A stretch of DNA of 64,000 nucleotides, taken from the IMG/VR virus record IMGVR_UViG_3300043675_000007, positions 4,556-68,555 of that record. The stretch is one strand, 5' to 3'. The notes beneath the pieces are model-generated. The model saw nothing but the letters and a program-made list of their open reading frames with translations. It did not search any database and had not been told where the DNA came from. A program made the translations under genes and the position numbers. Source of the stretch: a virus. This document shows positions 28,118 through 36,686 of this stretch, piece by piece (positions within the stretch are counted from its first letter, which is position 1; the number at the start of each line of letters is the position of its first letter).

Positions 28118-28576
28118 TCAATTGCCGGGCATATGCCGTCCAGTTAGCGTTTGCGTGCTGGGAGCGGCCTGCCGTGGTGCTGGGTCGTCCATGATGATCG
28201 CGGTCCCGCGGTAGCCGGAAAGCCCGGTGCGGGCAGCATAGTGTGGCCACGACTCGGCGTACACGTTGCTGCACCACTGCCCATGACGGCGTTGGTAGCG
28301 AGCGCGGCGGATGCGCTTGCCTTCCATGCGCGCCTCGAAGCGGGCTCGGGCAAGTTTGCGCAGCTGCGGCGCCGGCATGTCGCAATCGTAGTCGAGCAGG
28401 TCAATCTCGGGGCAGTACTGACCGGTGGATCTGTGCGTGGTGCGCACCGTCAGAAGATTGCCGATGCTCGCGTTGTCGACGAGCTCGTTGTAGTGCGCAA
28501 GTAAATCGCGCCCGGCGCGGCTGGCGGCGGCCTGCGCCAGAATCTTGCGCGCCGTTATCACGCGGCCAGGCGCCAC
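28118..28576 (-). CDS. hypothetical protein
   Basis: ORF on the operon strand overlapping the upstream stop. The C-terminal GLSGYRGTAIIMDDP is terminase-motif-like. Confidence 0.45.
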   Translation of the reverse strand: MAPGRVITARKILAQAAASRAGRDLLAHYNELVDNASIGNLLTVRTTHRSTGQYCPEIDLLDYDCDMPAPQLRKLARARFEARMEGKRIRRARYQRRHGQWCSNVYAESWPHYAARTGLSGYRGTAIIMDDPAPRQAAPSTQTLTGRHMPGN

Positions 28577-29334
28577 TGCCGATCATCGGCGGCAGGGGTC
28601 TTAAAAAGCGCCGAGGTCGAGAAGTGGATGTCCTTGATGTAGTAGTAGTTGCCGAGCGCGTTCTGTGGCATTGAGCCCCACGTCATGTTGTCCTGCAGGT
28701 TGAATTTCAACGCCTGCGTGCCCACGGGGAGGTTATAGCCACCGACACCGAGCGGTACCTTATAGGTCGCCCAGACATTCGGCTGCGGCGCGGGGCCGAA
28801 TGATTCCACCGACTTGGTCAGGCCGCCGCCGGCAATGGTCGTATCGCCAGAGCCCTCAAAGCCGCTTACCCAAGTCTGCCCGGCCCGCGTCGGCATGAGC
28901 ACAAAGACCAAGTACTTGAACCCCGTGGTGTTGAACACCAGCAGGCTGTTGGGCGGATTCTGGCAGAACGGCTGAAACCCTCCGCCGCCGGCATGGCCAT
29001 CGGTCCCCATCGGGGTCGTGGCCAAGATCTTCATTGCTAAGGCACCATCCGGGGCGGTCTGGCTATCGATTTCCTGCGACCCGCCATAGTTGAAGTTGCC
29101 GGTCCAGGTGCTCTTGCCGCTCAAGACCACCTGTGAGTTGCACGAAGACCCCAACGTGGGCGGCGGTATGACAGGCGGGGCGACGACGGGTACCGGCACC
29201 ACTGTGCTCTGGCCAGCGACGGCGATCGTCACCTGGGTGGGTGTGACGGTAACGGTAAGCGGGATATTGACGGTGGTAGCTGTGACGGCCGCCGCGGCCA
29301 TCAGACCGGCGATCAAGAGTGCGATGCGTTTCAT
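28558..29334 (-). CDS. secreted protein with a putative carbohydrate-binding (galactose-binding-like) domain
   Basis: Sec-type signal MKRIALLIAGLMAAAA, a Pro/Val linker, then a beta-rich domain (FNTTGFKYLVF...W.TYKVPL...YYIKDIHF). Confidence 0.6.
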   Translation of the reverse strand: MKRIALLIAGLMAAAAVTATTVNIPLTVTVTPTQVTIAVAGQSTVVPVPVVAPPVIPPPTLGSSCNSQVVLSGKSTWTGNFNYGGSQEIDSQTAPDGALAMKILATTPMGTDGHAGGGGFQPFCQNPPNSLLVFNTTGFKYLVFVLMPTRAGQTWVSGFEGSGDTTIAGGGLTKSVESFGPAPQPNVWATYKVPLGVGGYNLPVGTQALKFNLQDNMTWGSMPQNALGNYYYIKDIHFSTSALFKTPAADDRQWRLAA

Positions 29335-29381
29335 GGATGTAAGCCTTCTAAAGGTGAATAGGGGGAAGTGTCGGGTCAGTC

Positions 29382-29528
29382 TTATCTGCCGACAAAGAAA
29401 ATGATGAGCAGGATGAGCAGCAGCAGGCCGCCGCCGCCATAGCCGTAATGGCCCCACCCGCCCCAGTAGCCGCCGCCGAAAGCACCAAATGCCAAGAGCA
29501 CCAACAGGATCAGCAGGATCGGGTTCAT
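29382..29528 (-). CDS. small Gly-rich membrane protein (DUF3309-like)
   Basis: MNPILLILLVLLAFGAFGGGYWGGWGHYGYGGGGLLLLILLIIFFVGR, translated by hand. GGAG RBS. Confidence 0.65.
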   Translation of the reverse strand: MNPILLILLVLLAFGAFGGGYWGGWGHYGYGGGGLLLLILLIIFFVGR

Positions 29529-29540
29529 GGACTTTCTCCG

Positions 29541-29927
29541 TTAGTCAACTGGGAACAGTCTCCACATGAACCGCTCGAAGAGCGTCGGTTTGTGCGTGAG
29601 CACGTACTGCGCCGTGTGGGCGAGGCGCGGGGGAATGATCAATTTGGTTGGCCGCACGGTGAACGCTTCATTGTCGCGCAGCTGGTTGAGCATGTCCTCG
29701 AGGGACTTCTCGTTGAGCGGCGCATCCGTGCCCGCGGTGTTGCGGTAGAAGCGCTTGAGGCCGTCCGGCTGATCGGTCTTGATGTACCAGGCAGTGTCGC
29801 TGACGAAGTAGTCTGCCACCTCGACTTCGATGTCCTCACGACGCGGCAGCCGCAGGGTAGATCCCGCCAGCGCGGTGATCGCTGGCAGGGCGGCGAGCAT
29901 CCCAAGAAACTTGCGCCGGCTGACCAT
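29541..29927 (-). CDS. Tat-signal protein containing circularly permuted major-capsid-like segments
   Basis: SRRKFL plus a hydrophobic stretch. The two segments align by eye to the major capsid protein in reversed order. Confidence 0.7.
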   Translation of the reverse strand: MVSRRKFLGMLAALPAITALAGSTLRLPRREDIEVEVADYFVSDTAWYIKTDQPDGLKRFYRNTAGTDAPLNEKSLEDMLNQLRDNEAFTVRPTKLIIPPRLAHTAQYVLTHKPTLFERFMWRLFPVD

Positions 29928-29945
29928 GGGCGCGGATCTTACCCC

Positions 29946-31304
29946 TTAATTGCTGTGCGAGCCGCTCCAGTAGGTAAGGTCCGTCACTTTCGCGGGTGAA
30001 CCGCCCGGTCCGTAGATTTGCACTGGGCCCTTGAACTCGAACACATCGGAGCCGTCGCGCTGAACCTTAAATTGCGGAAAGCCCGGCGCCATTGGCGCCA
30101 CGAATGAGGTGATGCCAGCCGGCGCGCCCGTAGCGTTCCCGTTGATCATGAGCGTTGCCGGCGCGGTCAAAAACGCAAGAAGCTCGATGTTGGCGGTCTC
30201 GATGCCCGGGGGCACGATCTTGAAGGGCAGCAGTTGGTTCGCATGCGCGGCGGTCGAGAGCATCGGCTTGTAGCACCAGTACGCGACGTCCTGGGTGATG
30301 CGCGGCTGCACGCCGGTGACAAACCAGGTGATGTAATAACCGAGCAGGTCATAGAAGCCGGTGCCGATATTGGGGTTAAGCGTCGCATCGGTGCACGGCG
30401 AGACTTGACCGGACTCGGAGTAATCGTTCCACGTGACCAGTTGGATCATCTGGCACATGGGCGCATTGATCGCCGCAAGGAAGCCGGCGCGCAAAGACCC
30501 CGTGTTGCCCGCCTCCCAGAAGCATTGAGCGTCGGGGCGAAACTGCTGCGGCAGCACGGGCATCATAAAGGAGGGCGGGCACGATTTGGCCGCGTCGGGC
30601 GTTGCCGTCCCCCACCCACCTACGCCGTGAGCGATGGCCGCGTAGGGGTCTGAGGCCGGTTCGCCCAACAGCACTGGGACAAAGGCGACATCGATATCCT
30701 GGGCATTGAGGCCGGCAATGACCTGCTGCCACCAGGTGAGCGGCATGCGAGTCGCATTGAACGCCGTAAAGAGCATGCGCCCATCGGGGAGGCGCGCGAC
30801 GTTCGGTTGGGTCGAGCACGCCGCGAGCACCGAGACCGCCTGCGCGACGGTGAGGCCTGCGCCCAAAGAACTCATATCGAGCATCGGCACGACCCAGAAG
30901 CGCAGGTCCGCAGCTAGGGCGGCCTTGAACAGCCACGCGAGATGCCCGTTAGGATTTAGCTGCCCGGTCGGTAAGATCGCATCGGCCAAGGAGAGGACAT
31001 CGAACTCGAATCCCGTAACACCTCGAGCAATCGCCCTGGTGACTTCCAGCTGCAGGTTCGCGATTTCGTAACCCGGGGTCGCCGCGCCGATGGCCACGGG
31101 CGGCGGCCGCTGGCGTAGGAACCCGCCGTAGGGTGCGTGCTTGCCGCTCTCCCCGCCCACGGTGAGGAACTGCGTCTCGTAGTAGTCGGTCAAGGACGGC
31201 GCATTGTCGATCGAGAGCGGGAAGGGGCAGAAGTAATGCGCGACGACGCGCTTCGGCGAGTTGAAGAACACGTCCGCAGGGGGCATGACGAAGGGTAATT
31301 TCAT
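29946..31304 (-). CDS. glycoside hydrolase family 71 (alpha-1,3-glucanase-like)
   Basis: VVAHY, A.A.GVTGF..D, and IQLVTWNDYSES motifs typical of GH71/GH99-like TIM barrels. Confidence 0.75.
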   Translation of the reverse strand: MKLPFVMPPADVFFNSPKRVVAHYFCPFPLSIDNAPSLTDYYETQFLTVGGESGKHAPYGGFLRQRPPPVAIGAATPGYEIANLQLEVTRAIARGVTGFEFDVLSLADAILPTGQLNPNGHLAWLFKAALAADLRFWVVPMLDMSSLGAGLTVAQAVSVLAACSTQPNVARLPDGRMLFTAFNATRMPLTWWQQVIAGLNAQDIDVAFVPVLLGEPASDPYAAIAHGVGGWGTATPDAAKSCPPSFMMPVLPQQFRPDAQCFWEAGNTGSLRAGFLAAINAPMCQMIQLVTWNDYSESGQVSPCTDATLNPNIGTGFYDLLGYYITWFVTGVQPRITQDVAYWCYKPMLSTAAHANQLLPFKIVPPGIETANIELLAFLTAPATLMINGNATGAPAGITSFVAPMAPGFPQFKVQRDGSDVFEFKGPVQIYGPGGSPAKVTDLTYWSGSHSN

Positions 31305-31561
31305 TTAGTTTCCTTGGGTGATGGGCGCAGCCCGAAACGGAGCGTCACGACGAGGGAGGTGGGCCCATTGGTCGTACCGAGCAGAACCACCCCGGGGAAG
31401 CGCGTTGTGATCTTCTCGGTATAGCGCGTCTGTTTCTGCTTGTCTTTGCGCTCGAGCATCACGCCGACCCGGTTGCCGGCTTTGGCGGCATTCCCGATCG
31501 CATCGATGCGCTTGTCTTCCTCGAGCCTGTGCAGGTCGAAGATGGCTTTGGGTACGCTCAC
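31301..31561 (-). CDS. hypothetical protein
   Basis: Coupled to the GH71 start (ATGA). Contains the AAGGA RBS of that gene. Confidence 0.45.
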   Translation of the reverse strand: MSVPKAIFDLHRLEEDKRIDAIGNAAKAGNRVGVMLERKDKQKQTRYTEKITTRFPGVVLLGTTNGPTSLVVTLRFGLRPSPKETK

Positions 31562-31703
31562 AAAATGGGGGCCGGGTACGTAGAGTCTCTCCCGTCAGGG
31601 ATCACGAAGTCCGAGCGTTGCTTTCCAGGTGAAGACCAATCTGCGCGGCTCGAATGAATCGCTCCCGTTCCGATGGACGGTACCCAAACTACGGAGGGCC
31701 CCC

Positions 31704-31967
31704 TCACGTTGTAATTCCTGTCATTGACTTCGAGCTTATGCGATTGCGCGAGTACCAGTAAAGAGGATGCACGCGCGCACCCTGCGGAATCTGCGTCGCC
31801 GGCCAGCGCAGGCAGCCTAAGTGCTTGCGATACGGTCGGTTCCTGTTCTGACGAATCGTCTGCACCAGGTACGCGGATCCTGCCGGCGTTTGAAGGTAAT
31901 CGCCTGATTGCAGGTCGCGGCAGCCGTCGTAGTAGAGCTTGCACGGTGTATAGGGCTGGCGCTTCAC
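31704..31967 (-). CDS. hypothetical protein
   Basis: GTGA-coupled ORF. Confidence 0.4.
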   Translation of the reverse strand: MKRQPYTPCKLYYDGCRDLQSGDYLQTPAGSAYLVQTIRQNRNRPYRKHLGCLRWPATQIPQGARVHPLYWYSRNRISSKSMTGITT

Positions 31968-32278
31968 GCCTTCCAGCAATCAGGGGCGAGCGGCGCGCCA
32001 TCCGCGTGTGCAATGTATACGCCCGCGGTCAGGTTGAAATGGATGCCGCAGGGCACGTGGCGCTTGAGTGAGGGGGTGATGGTCGGGGCCTGCAAGTTGC
32101 CGTCCCAGGTCCAGAATACTTCCCGATTCGTGCGCCGATTCTCGCCCACCTTCTCCAAGCACACGATGTCCGGATACTGGCAGCCGCACGGGCAGTTGCA
32201 CTGGAAGTACCACCCGGAATTAACGGGGCCTTCGAATATCTTCCAAAACCCAGGCTGTGTGCTCGGTAGCTGCTGCAT
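31964..32278 (-). CDS. small Cys/His metal-binding protein (DUF6527-like)
   Basis: CPCGC...WTWDGN..APTITPSL...CGIHF. Confidence 0.6.
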   Translation of the reverse strand: MQQLPSTQPGFWKIFEGPVNSGWYFQCNCPCGCQYPDIVCLEKVGENRRTNREVFWTWDGNLQAPTITPSLKRHVPCGIHFNLTAGVYIAHADGAPLAPDCWKA

Positions 32279-32279
32279 T

Positions 32280-34121
32280 TTAGAAAAGATCCTCACTGGC
32301 GATGATGGCCGAGCCCGGGCCGACTATAAGCCCCAGGGCGCGCAGGCGTCCAAGGGTGTTGTCGACGTGGCGGCTGGTGGGGTCGTAGCCGGTTGCCACA
32401 GCAAGATCATCGCGCGTGACCGGGTTCGGCCACTTGTGTATCAGGAAGGTCAAGAATCCGGCCTCCGCCTTGCCAGATTTTGCCAGCCACGCCTCGCGCA
32501 ATCCTGCACCGGTGGGCATGAGTGTCCGCGTGCCCAGTGCAACCAGGCCTGGCCCCGTAATCTGGATGTTGGTCCCAGGTCCCTCGACGTAGCCGGCGCC
32601 GCGCAGGCGTCCCAGGGTGTTATCCACGTGGCGGCTCGTCGTTGAGTACAGCGAGAAGCGGGCCAATTGATCGCGGGTCGTCACCCTGTTCTGCCGTTGC
32701 GCGAGCACATTCAAGAACGTGCGCTCCGCGGCTCCGAGCACATTTATCTCCACCTTCTCGAGCGAGTCCTTCGATAGGCGCGTCTTGCGCACCGGCTTGC
32801 CTGCGGGGTGCGCCGCGCTGTTGAGCGCTACCCCATCCCCGACCTGCGGGTTCATCAGCACCTCCGTGCCGAGCAACTTCATCGAGATTTCCCTCTGCGC
32901 CTCAATCGATGGATAGAGAAGGGACACGGCCAGCGCGCTCTTGACGTGGGCACGTGACCTATCCACCTGGGCGTCCATCGTCATCTCAAATGCCCCGATG
33001 GTCTCATCGAGCAATGCTCGTTCCCGGTCGACCGCTATGGCTTCGCACGCCTTCCAGCCTTCCTGGTGCCCGCGTTTGTACGAACCATAGGCCATCGCGT
33101 TGTGATCAACGGGGCACTGGTGCACAACCGTGGGCATCGGCTGGGGGCCAAGCCGATGCTGTTGCTCTATCCTGGTAATTGAACCCTCGAGCTCCGAAAT
33201 CCTCTTGCGCAGCAGGGCCGGGTCATTGGCTTCCGCCTCGGCGACCGCCTCCCCGATGATGCTGCGCAAGGCCTCGACGTCCACCGGCGCGGTCTTGACC
33301 ACTTGGGCGAGGTCATCGTCTTTATCCGGCGTCTTTGAATTATCGAAGGTCTTCGCCTTCGGGAATTCCATCAGCGTGAAGAGGTTCGCCTCGCCCGAAC
33401 ACACCCAGCCGGTGCCGGTTTTGAGTTTCGGCATGGAATCGGTGATCTGCTCGCGCAGCGCCTTATCCTTGACGTTGGCCTTCATCCATTTGACGACCGG
33501 CTCCTGATCAGCGGGCTGCGTCATACGGTGCACGATGACCGTCTCGCAGCTACCGAGTACCGCATTGTGCAGCGCCTGGACGCGCTGATCGAGCACGATG
33601 AGCCTGATCCCCTTCGACCGGCCGCCGGTCGCCACCGCCTTGGCGTAGTGGATGCTCATGTTCTCCTTGCCGAAGCCGGCGCGCTCTTTGGGGGCAAATT
33701 CGTGCGCTTCCTCGATGACGAGGTAGAGCACGCCGCGGATCTTCATCATCAGGCGCGGGATGAAGTCCACAAAGAAATGCTGCGCCCCACCCGGGGGGAA
33801 TTGGGCCATATCGAGTATGGAGAGGCGCAGCGAACCGTTGGCGACCACGTCCGCAATGGCTTTGCCGGACGTGTGATGTAGGGGTACATGTCCATGCGGC
33901 CCCCCCAGAATCGTGAAAGGCAGGCCGGCGCGCTTACCGTCCGCGCTCGAGGTCAAGCCCCACCAGTCAGACTTCACCGGATCGATGATGCAGACGCGGT
34001 ATTCCTCCGCGACCACCTGCTCAACGCACACCTTCCCGGTCGTGGTCTTGCCGGATCCGGTCTTTCCTAAGATGCCGATGTGTTGGGCAAGGATGGCATC
34101 GGGAACGTGGAACTGGCTCAC
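32280..34121 (-). CDS. HerA/FtsK-like (DUF87) ATPase with two C-terminal winged-helix repeats
   Basis: Walker A GKTGSGKT, IIDP, Walker B LVIEEAHEFAP, GRSKGI..., and QR motif. Duplicated SRHVDNTLGRLR. Confidence 0.8.
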   Translation of the reverse strand: MSQFHVPDAILAQHIGILGKTGSGKTTTGKVCVEQVVAEEYRVCIIDPVKSDWWGLTSSADGKRAGLPFTILGGPHGHVPLHHTSGKAIADVVANGSLRLSILDMAQFPPGGAQHFFVDFIPRLMMKIRGVLYLVIEEAHEFAPKERAGFGKENMSIHYAKAVATGGRSKGIRLIVLDQRVQALHNAVLGSCETVIVHRMTQPADQEPVVKWMKANVKDKALREQITDSMPKLKTGTGWVCSGEANLFTLMEFPKAKTFDNSKTPDKDDDLAQVVKTAPVDVEALRSIIGEAVAEAEANDPALLRKRISELEGSITRIEQQHRLGPQPMPTVVHQCPVDHNAMAYGSYKRGHQEGWKACEAIAVDRERALLDETIGAFEMTMDAQVDRSRAHVKSALAVSLLYPSIEAQREISMKLLGTEVLMNPQVGDGVALNSAAHPAGKPVRKTRLSKDSLEKVEINVLGAAERTFLNVLAQRQNRVTTRDQLARFSLYSTTSRHVDNTLGRLRGAGYVEGPGTNIQITGPGLVALGTRTLMPTGAGLREAWLAKSGKAEAGFLTFLIHKWPNPVTRDDLAVATGYDPTSRHVDNTLGRLRALGLIVGPGSAIIASEDLF

Positions 34122-34513
34122 GTGCGAACGCCCCCGCAGTTGCAGGTCGGTGGCACACCGGCCGCCAAGCCAAGATTATTGTTTTCGTCGCATTCGCGCG
34201 TATGCGTCCAGGACGGCCGCTTGCCGCGGCACACGGTGCAAAAATCGTGACCGCCGCGCGCTTCCCACCACGCTTTGATCTCCGCCTCATTCCTTGCATA
34301 GGTGAGGTTATGCACAAGGCGATCCCCGGCCTCGACCAAGGCTTCGAAGCGCAGACTCGGCACCGGGTCATCCTCGGCCAGCAGATTGCCCTCGAAGTCC
34401 CAGTACTGCGTGACAACGCGGATGGGGTCATTGTCGGCCGATTTTCCGGTCCCGCGGCGCGATAGGTCGGTGCGGATGACCTGGACCACGCGGGCCGTAT
34501 CTAAAGTGTTCAT
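34118..34513 (-). CDS. hypothetical protein
   Basis: RRGTG...DPIRVVTQYWDFEGNLLAEDDP resembles a recurrent phage motif. GGAG RBS. Confidence 0.5.
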   Translation of the reverse strand: MNTLDTARVVQVIRTDLSRRGTGKSADNDPIRVVTQYWDFEGNLLAEDDPVPSLRFEALVEAGDRLVHNLTYARNEAEIKAWWEARGGHDFCTVCRGKRPSWTHTRECDENNNLGLAAGVPPTCNCGGVRT

Positions 34514-34947
34514 CGCAGTTTCTCCACCAGATCCTTCGTCTTCTGCACCGCTGCCAGGCATTCATCGACCAAGTCCGCGGCGGGCCGAAGCCCCGGATCT
34601 CTGTCCTCGAGGGTGGCGGCCAGTCGCTCCACCAATTCGCCGCGCGGCTCCTTATGGCGCAGGTCCGCATCGTTCATCTTCCCATCGAGATTGAAATGAT
34701 AGATTTGCAGCAGCACCGCTAAGTGGCGCGGGATCGGTGCCAATGGGGTATTCAGCCGGGTGCGCAGCAGGCAGCGGATGATGAGGCGCATGTCGAGCTC
34801 GAGGATCGTCATGCGCGCAGCGTCATAGCTCGGAAAACAGGTGCGAAAGTTCACTTCGTAGCAGGTGGGGCAGGGCACCCCGCTCATGGTGCAGTCGGCG
34901 CACTTCATCCCCTGCGATGCACTTGCGTGGCAGGCTAGCTGGCTCAT
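34510..34947 (-). CDS. hypothetical Cys-rich protein
   Basis: Coupled ORF with CxxC...CxxC. Confidence 0.45.
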   Translation of the reverse strand: MSQLACHASASQGMKCADCTMSGVPCPTCYEVNFRTCFPSYDAARMTILELDMRLIIRCLLRTRLNTPLAPIPRHLAVLLQIYHFNLDGKMNDADLRHKEPRGELVERLAATLEDRDPGLRPAADLVDECLAAVQKTKDLVEKLR

Positions 34948-35327
34948 TCGAGGTTCACCGAGCGCATGCCGGGCTTCTCCCGCGCGATCGCCGCCGTGAG
35001 CTCGTCCCGATCGGCATCCGTCTCGAAGTAGAGCACCAGCGCGCGCTTGCCGATCAGTTCCGGGGTGGCTTCCAAGGCCTCGACGTCCAGGCGCGCACCC
35101 GGTGGCGCACTCACCACCGCCCCGATGCGGCTGATCGCGGTGACGAAACGTTCCTTGACCGCTGAGGTGCAGTTGGGATCCGCGAGCGCGGCCGCTTGCA
35201 GCGTGAGCAAGTCGCGCTGGGTGTGCTGGAGCGTCGCGATGCAGTCCTCCATCCGGTGTTTGAAGTGACCCATGTAGCCGCGCAGGCGCGCGACCTGGGC
35301 TTGGAGTTCTTCGGGCGTGCGGGTCAT
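34944..35327 (-). CDS. hypothetical protein
   Basis: GAGG RBS and coupled ORF. C-terminal LVLYFETDADRDE motif. Confidence 0.5.
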   Translation of the reverse strand: MTRTPEELQAQVARLRGYMGHFKHRMEDCIATLQHTQRDLLTLQAAALADPNCTSAVKERFVTAISRIGAVVSAPPGARLDVEALEATPELIGKRALVLYFETDADRDELTAAIAREKPGMRSVNLE

Positions 35328-35337
35328 ATCGGCATCC

Positions 35338-35565
35338 TCATTGGGTTAAGCGGCGGTGAATCCAAGCGTTGAACCAGCGGCGAAGTGCGTAGCTGCGTGC
35401 AATGGAAACGGCGGTGTAGTAAACCCCTATAAGCAGATTCTGGCGCAGCGAAATGTGCCAGCCAAATAGGGGGAAGATCAGAGAATTGGCCGCGAGGGAG
35501 ATGCAATAGCCAATCATCACGTTGGTCAAGGCCTCGATGAAGCTGCTCACCCGCGTTTGTCTCAT
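35338..35565 (-). CDS. small two-TM membrane protein
   Basis: QTR..SFIEALTNV.IG...SIARSYALRRWFN resembles a family commonly found next to phage methyltransferases. Confidence 0.6.
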   Translation of the reverse strand: MRQTRVSSFIEALTNVMIGYCISLAANSLIFPLFGWHISLRQNLLIGVYYTAVSIARSYALRRWFNAWIHRRLTQ

Positions 35566-36686
35566 ATCGGCATTCCTGTGGTCGTGCGGCGCTCACGGCC
35601 GAGATTCACGTAATCGGGATTAAGCTCGCAGCCGATGAAGGAGCGGCCCAAGTCCGTTGCGACCTTGGCCACCGTTCCCGCCCCCATAAAGGGGTCAAAG
35701 ATCACCGCCCCTTTCCTGGAGCCCGCGAGGATGCAGCGGGCGACGAGTTCTTCCGGGAAGGTCGCGAAGTGCGCCCCCTCGAACGGCTGGGTGGGCACGC
35801 GCCACACGGTGCGCGCGTTGCGCTCATCGACGAGTTCGGTCACCGCGGCGGAGAAACTCTCGTTCTGCTTCACCTGCGGGAACTTGCGGCCGTGCTTGCC
35901 CTTGGCCATCGCGTGCTCGAGCGGTTTATGACTTCCTGGCCCATCCTGCCAGCCGGCAACGCGCTTGATCGCCTTTGGGTTCACCCCTTGAGCGGCCCAT
36001 CCTTCGTGCGGCTTCTGGCCGGGAGGCGCATAGCCAGAATGGGCGCGGCGCGCGCGTGCGTGGGAGTCTGGGCTCGATCGCTCTTTGATCGCCTGGGCGT
36101 CGTAGTGGTAAATCTCGCTCTTCGCGAGTAGAAACACGTACTCGTGCGCCTTGGTCGGACGGTCCAGCACGGATTCCGGCATGGGATTGGGTTTGTGCCA
36201 GATGATGTCGGAACGCAGATACCAGCCGTCTTCTTGAAGCGCGAAGGCAATGCGCCATGGCATGCCGACCATGTCTTTGGGCTTGAAGAGAATCTGCCGC
36301 CGGCGGTTCGGCCCGCCGCTCGTCGGCATGGTCTTTTTCATCCTCGAGGCGCGGCGAAATTCTTCTTGGTTGCGCTTGCCGTTGATCGTGAAGTTATACT
36401 CCACTGATCCATTAGGCCGCGGAGTGTAATAGCTGTCCCCGTAGTTAAGCCACAGCACCCCATCGTCGGTGAGCAGTTCGCGCACCAGCCGGAAGACATG
36501 CCGCATTCTTGCGACGTGGCGCACCCAGGTTCGCTCCAGGCCGAAAGCCCCTGCCACCCCATAGTCTCGCAAGCCCCAGTACGGCGGGCTCGTCACAACG
36601 CAATCTACCTTGACCCCATCGGCGATCATCCGGCGCATGAGGATGCGGCAATCCCCCTCGTGGGTGCGGTTGAGCCAGTCAACCAC
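35562..36686 (-). CDS. DNA N4-C/N6-A methyltransferase (beta class)
   Basis: Catalytic TSPPY motif precedes the SAM-binding DPFMGAGT. Also IIWHKPNPMPES and HFATFPEEL. Probable GTG start at 36686. Confidence 0.9.
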   Translation of the reverse strand: MVDWLNRTHEGDCRILMRRMIADGVKVDCVVTSPPYWGLRDYGVAGAFGLERTWVRHVARMRHVFRLVRELLTDDGVLWLNYGDSYYTPRPNGSVEYNFTINGKRNQEEFRRASRMKKTMPTSGGPNRRRQILFKPKDMVGMPWRIAFALQEDGWYLRSDIIWHKPNPMPESVLDRPTKAHEYVFLLAKSEIYHYDAQAIKERSSPDSHARARRAHSGYAPPGQKPHEGWAAQGVNPKAIKRVAGWQDGPGSHKPLEHAMAKGKHGRKFPQVKQNESFSAAVTELVDERNARTVWRVPTQPFEGAHFATFPEELVARCILAGSRKGAVIFDPFMGAGTVAKVATDLGRSFIGCELNPDYVNLGRERRTTTGMPI

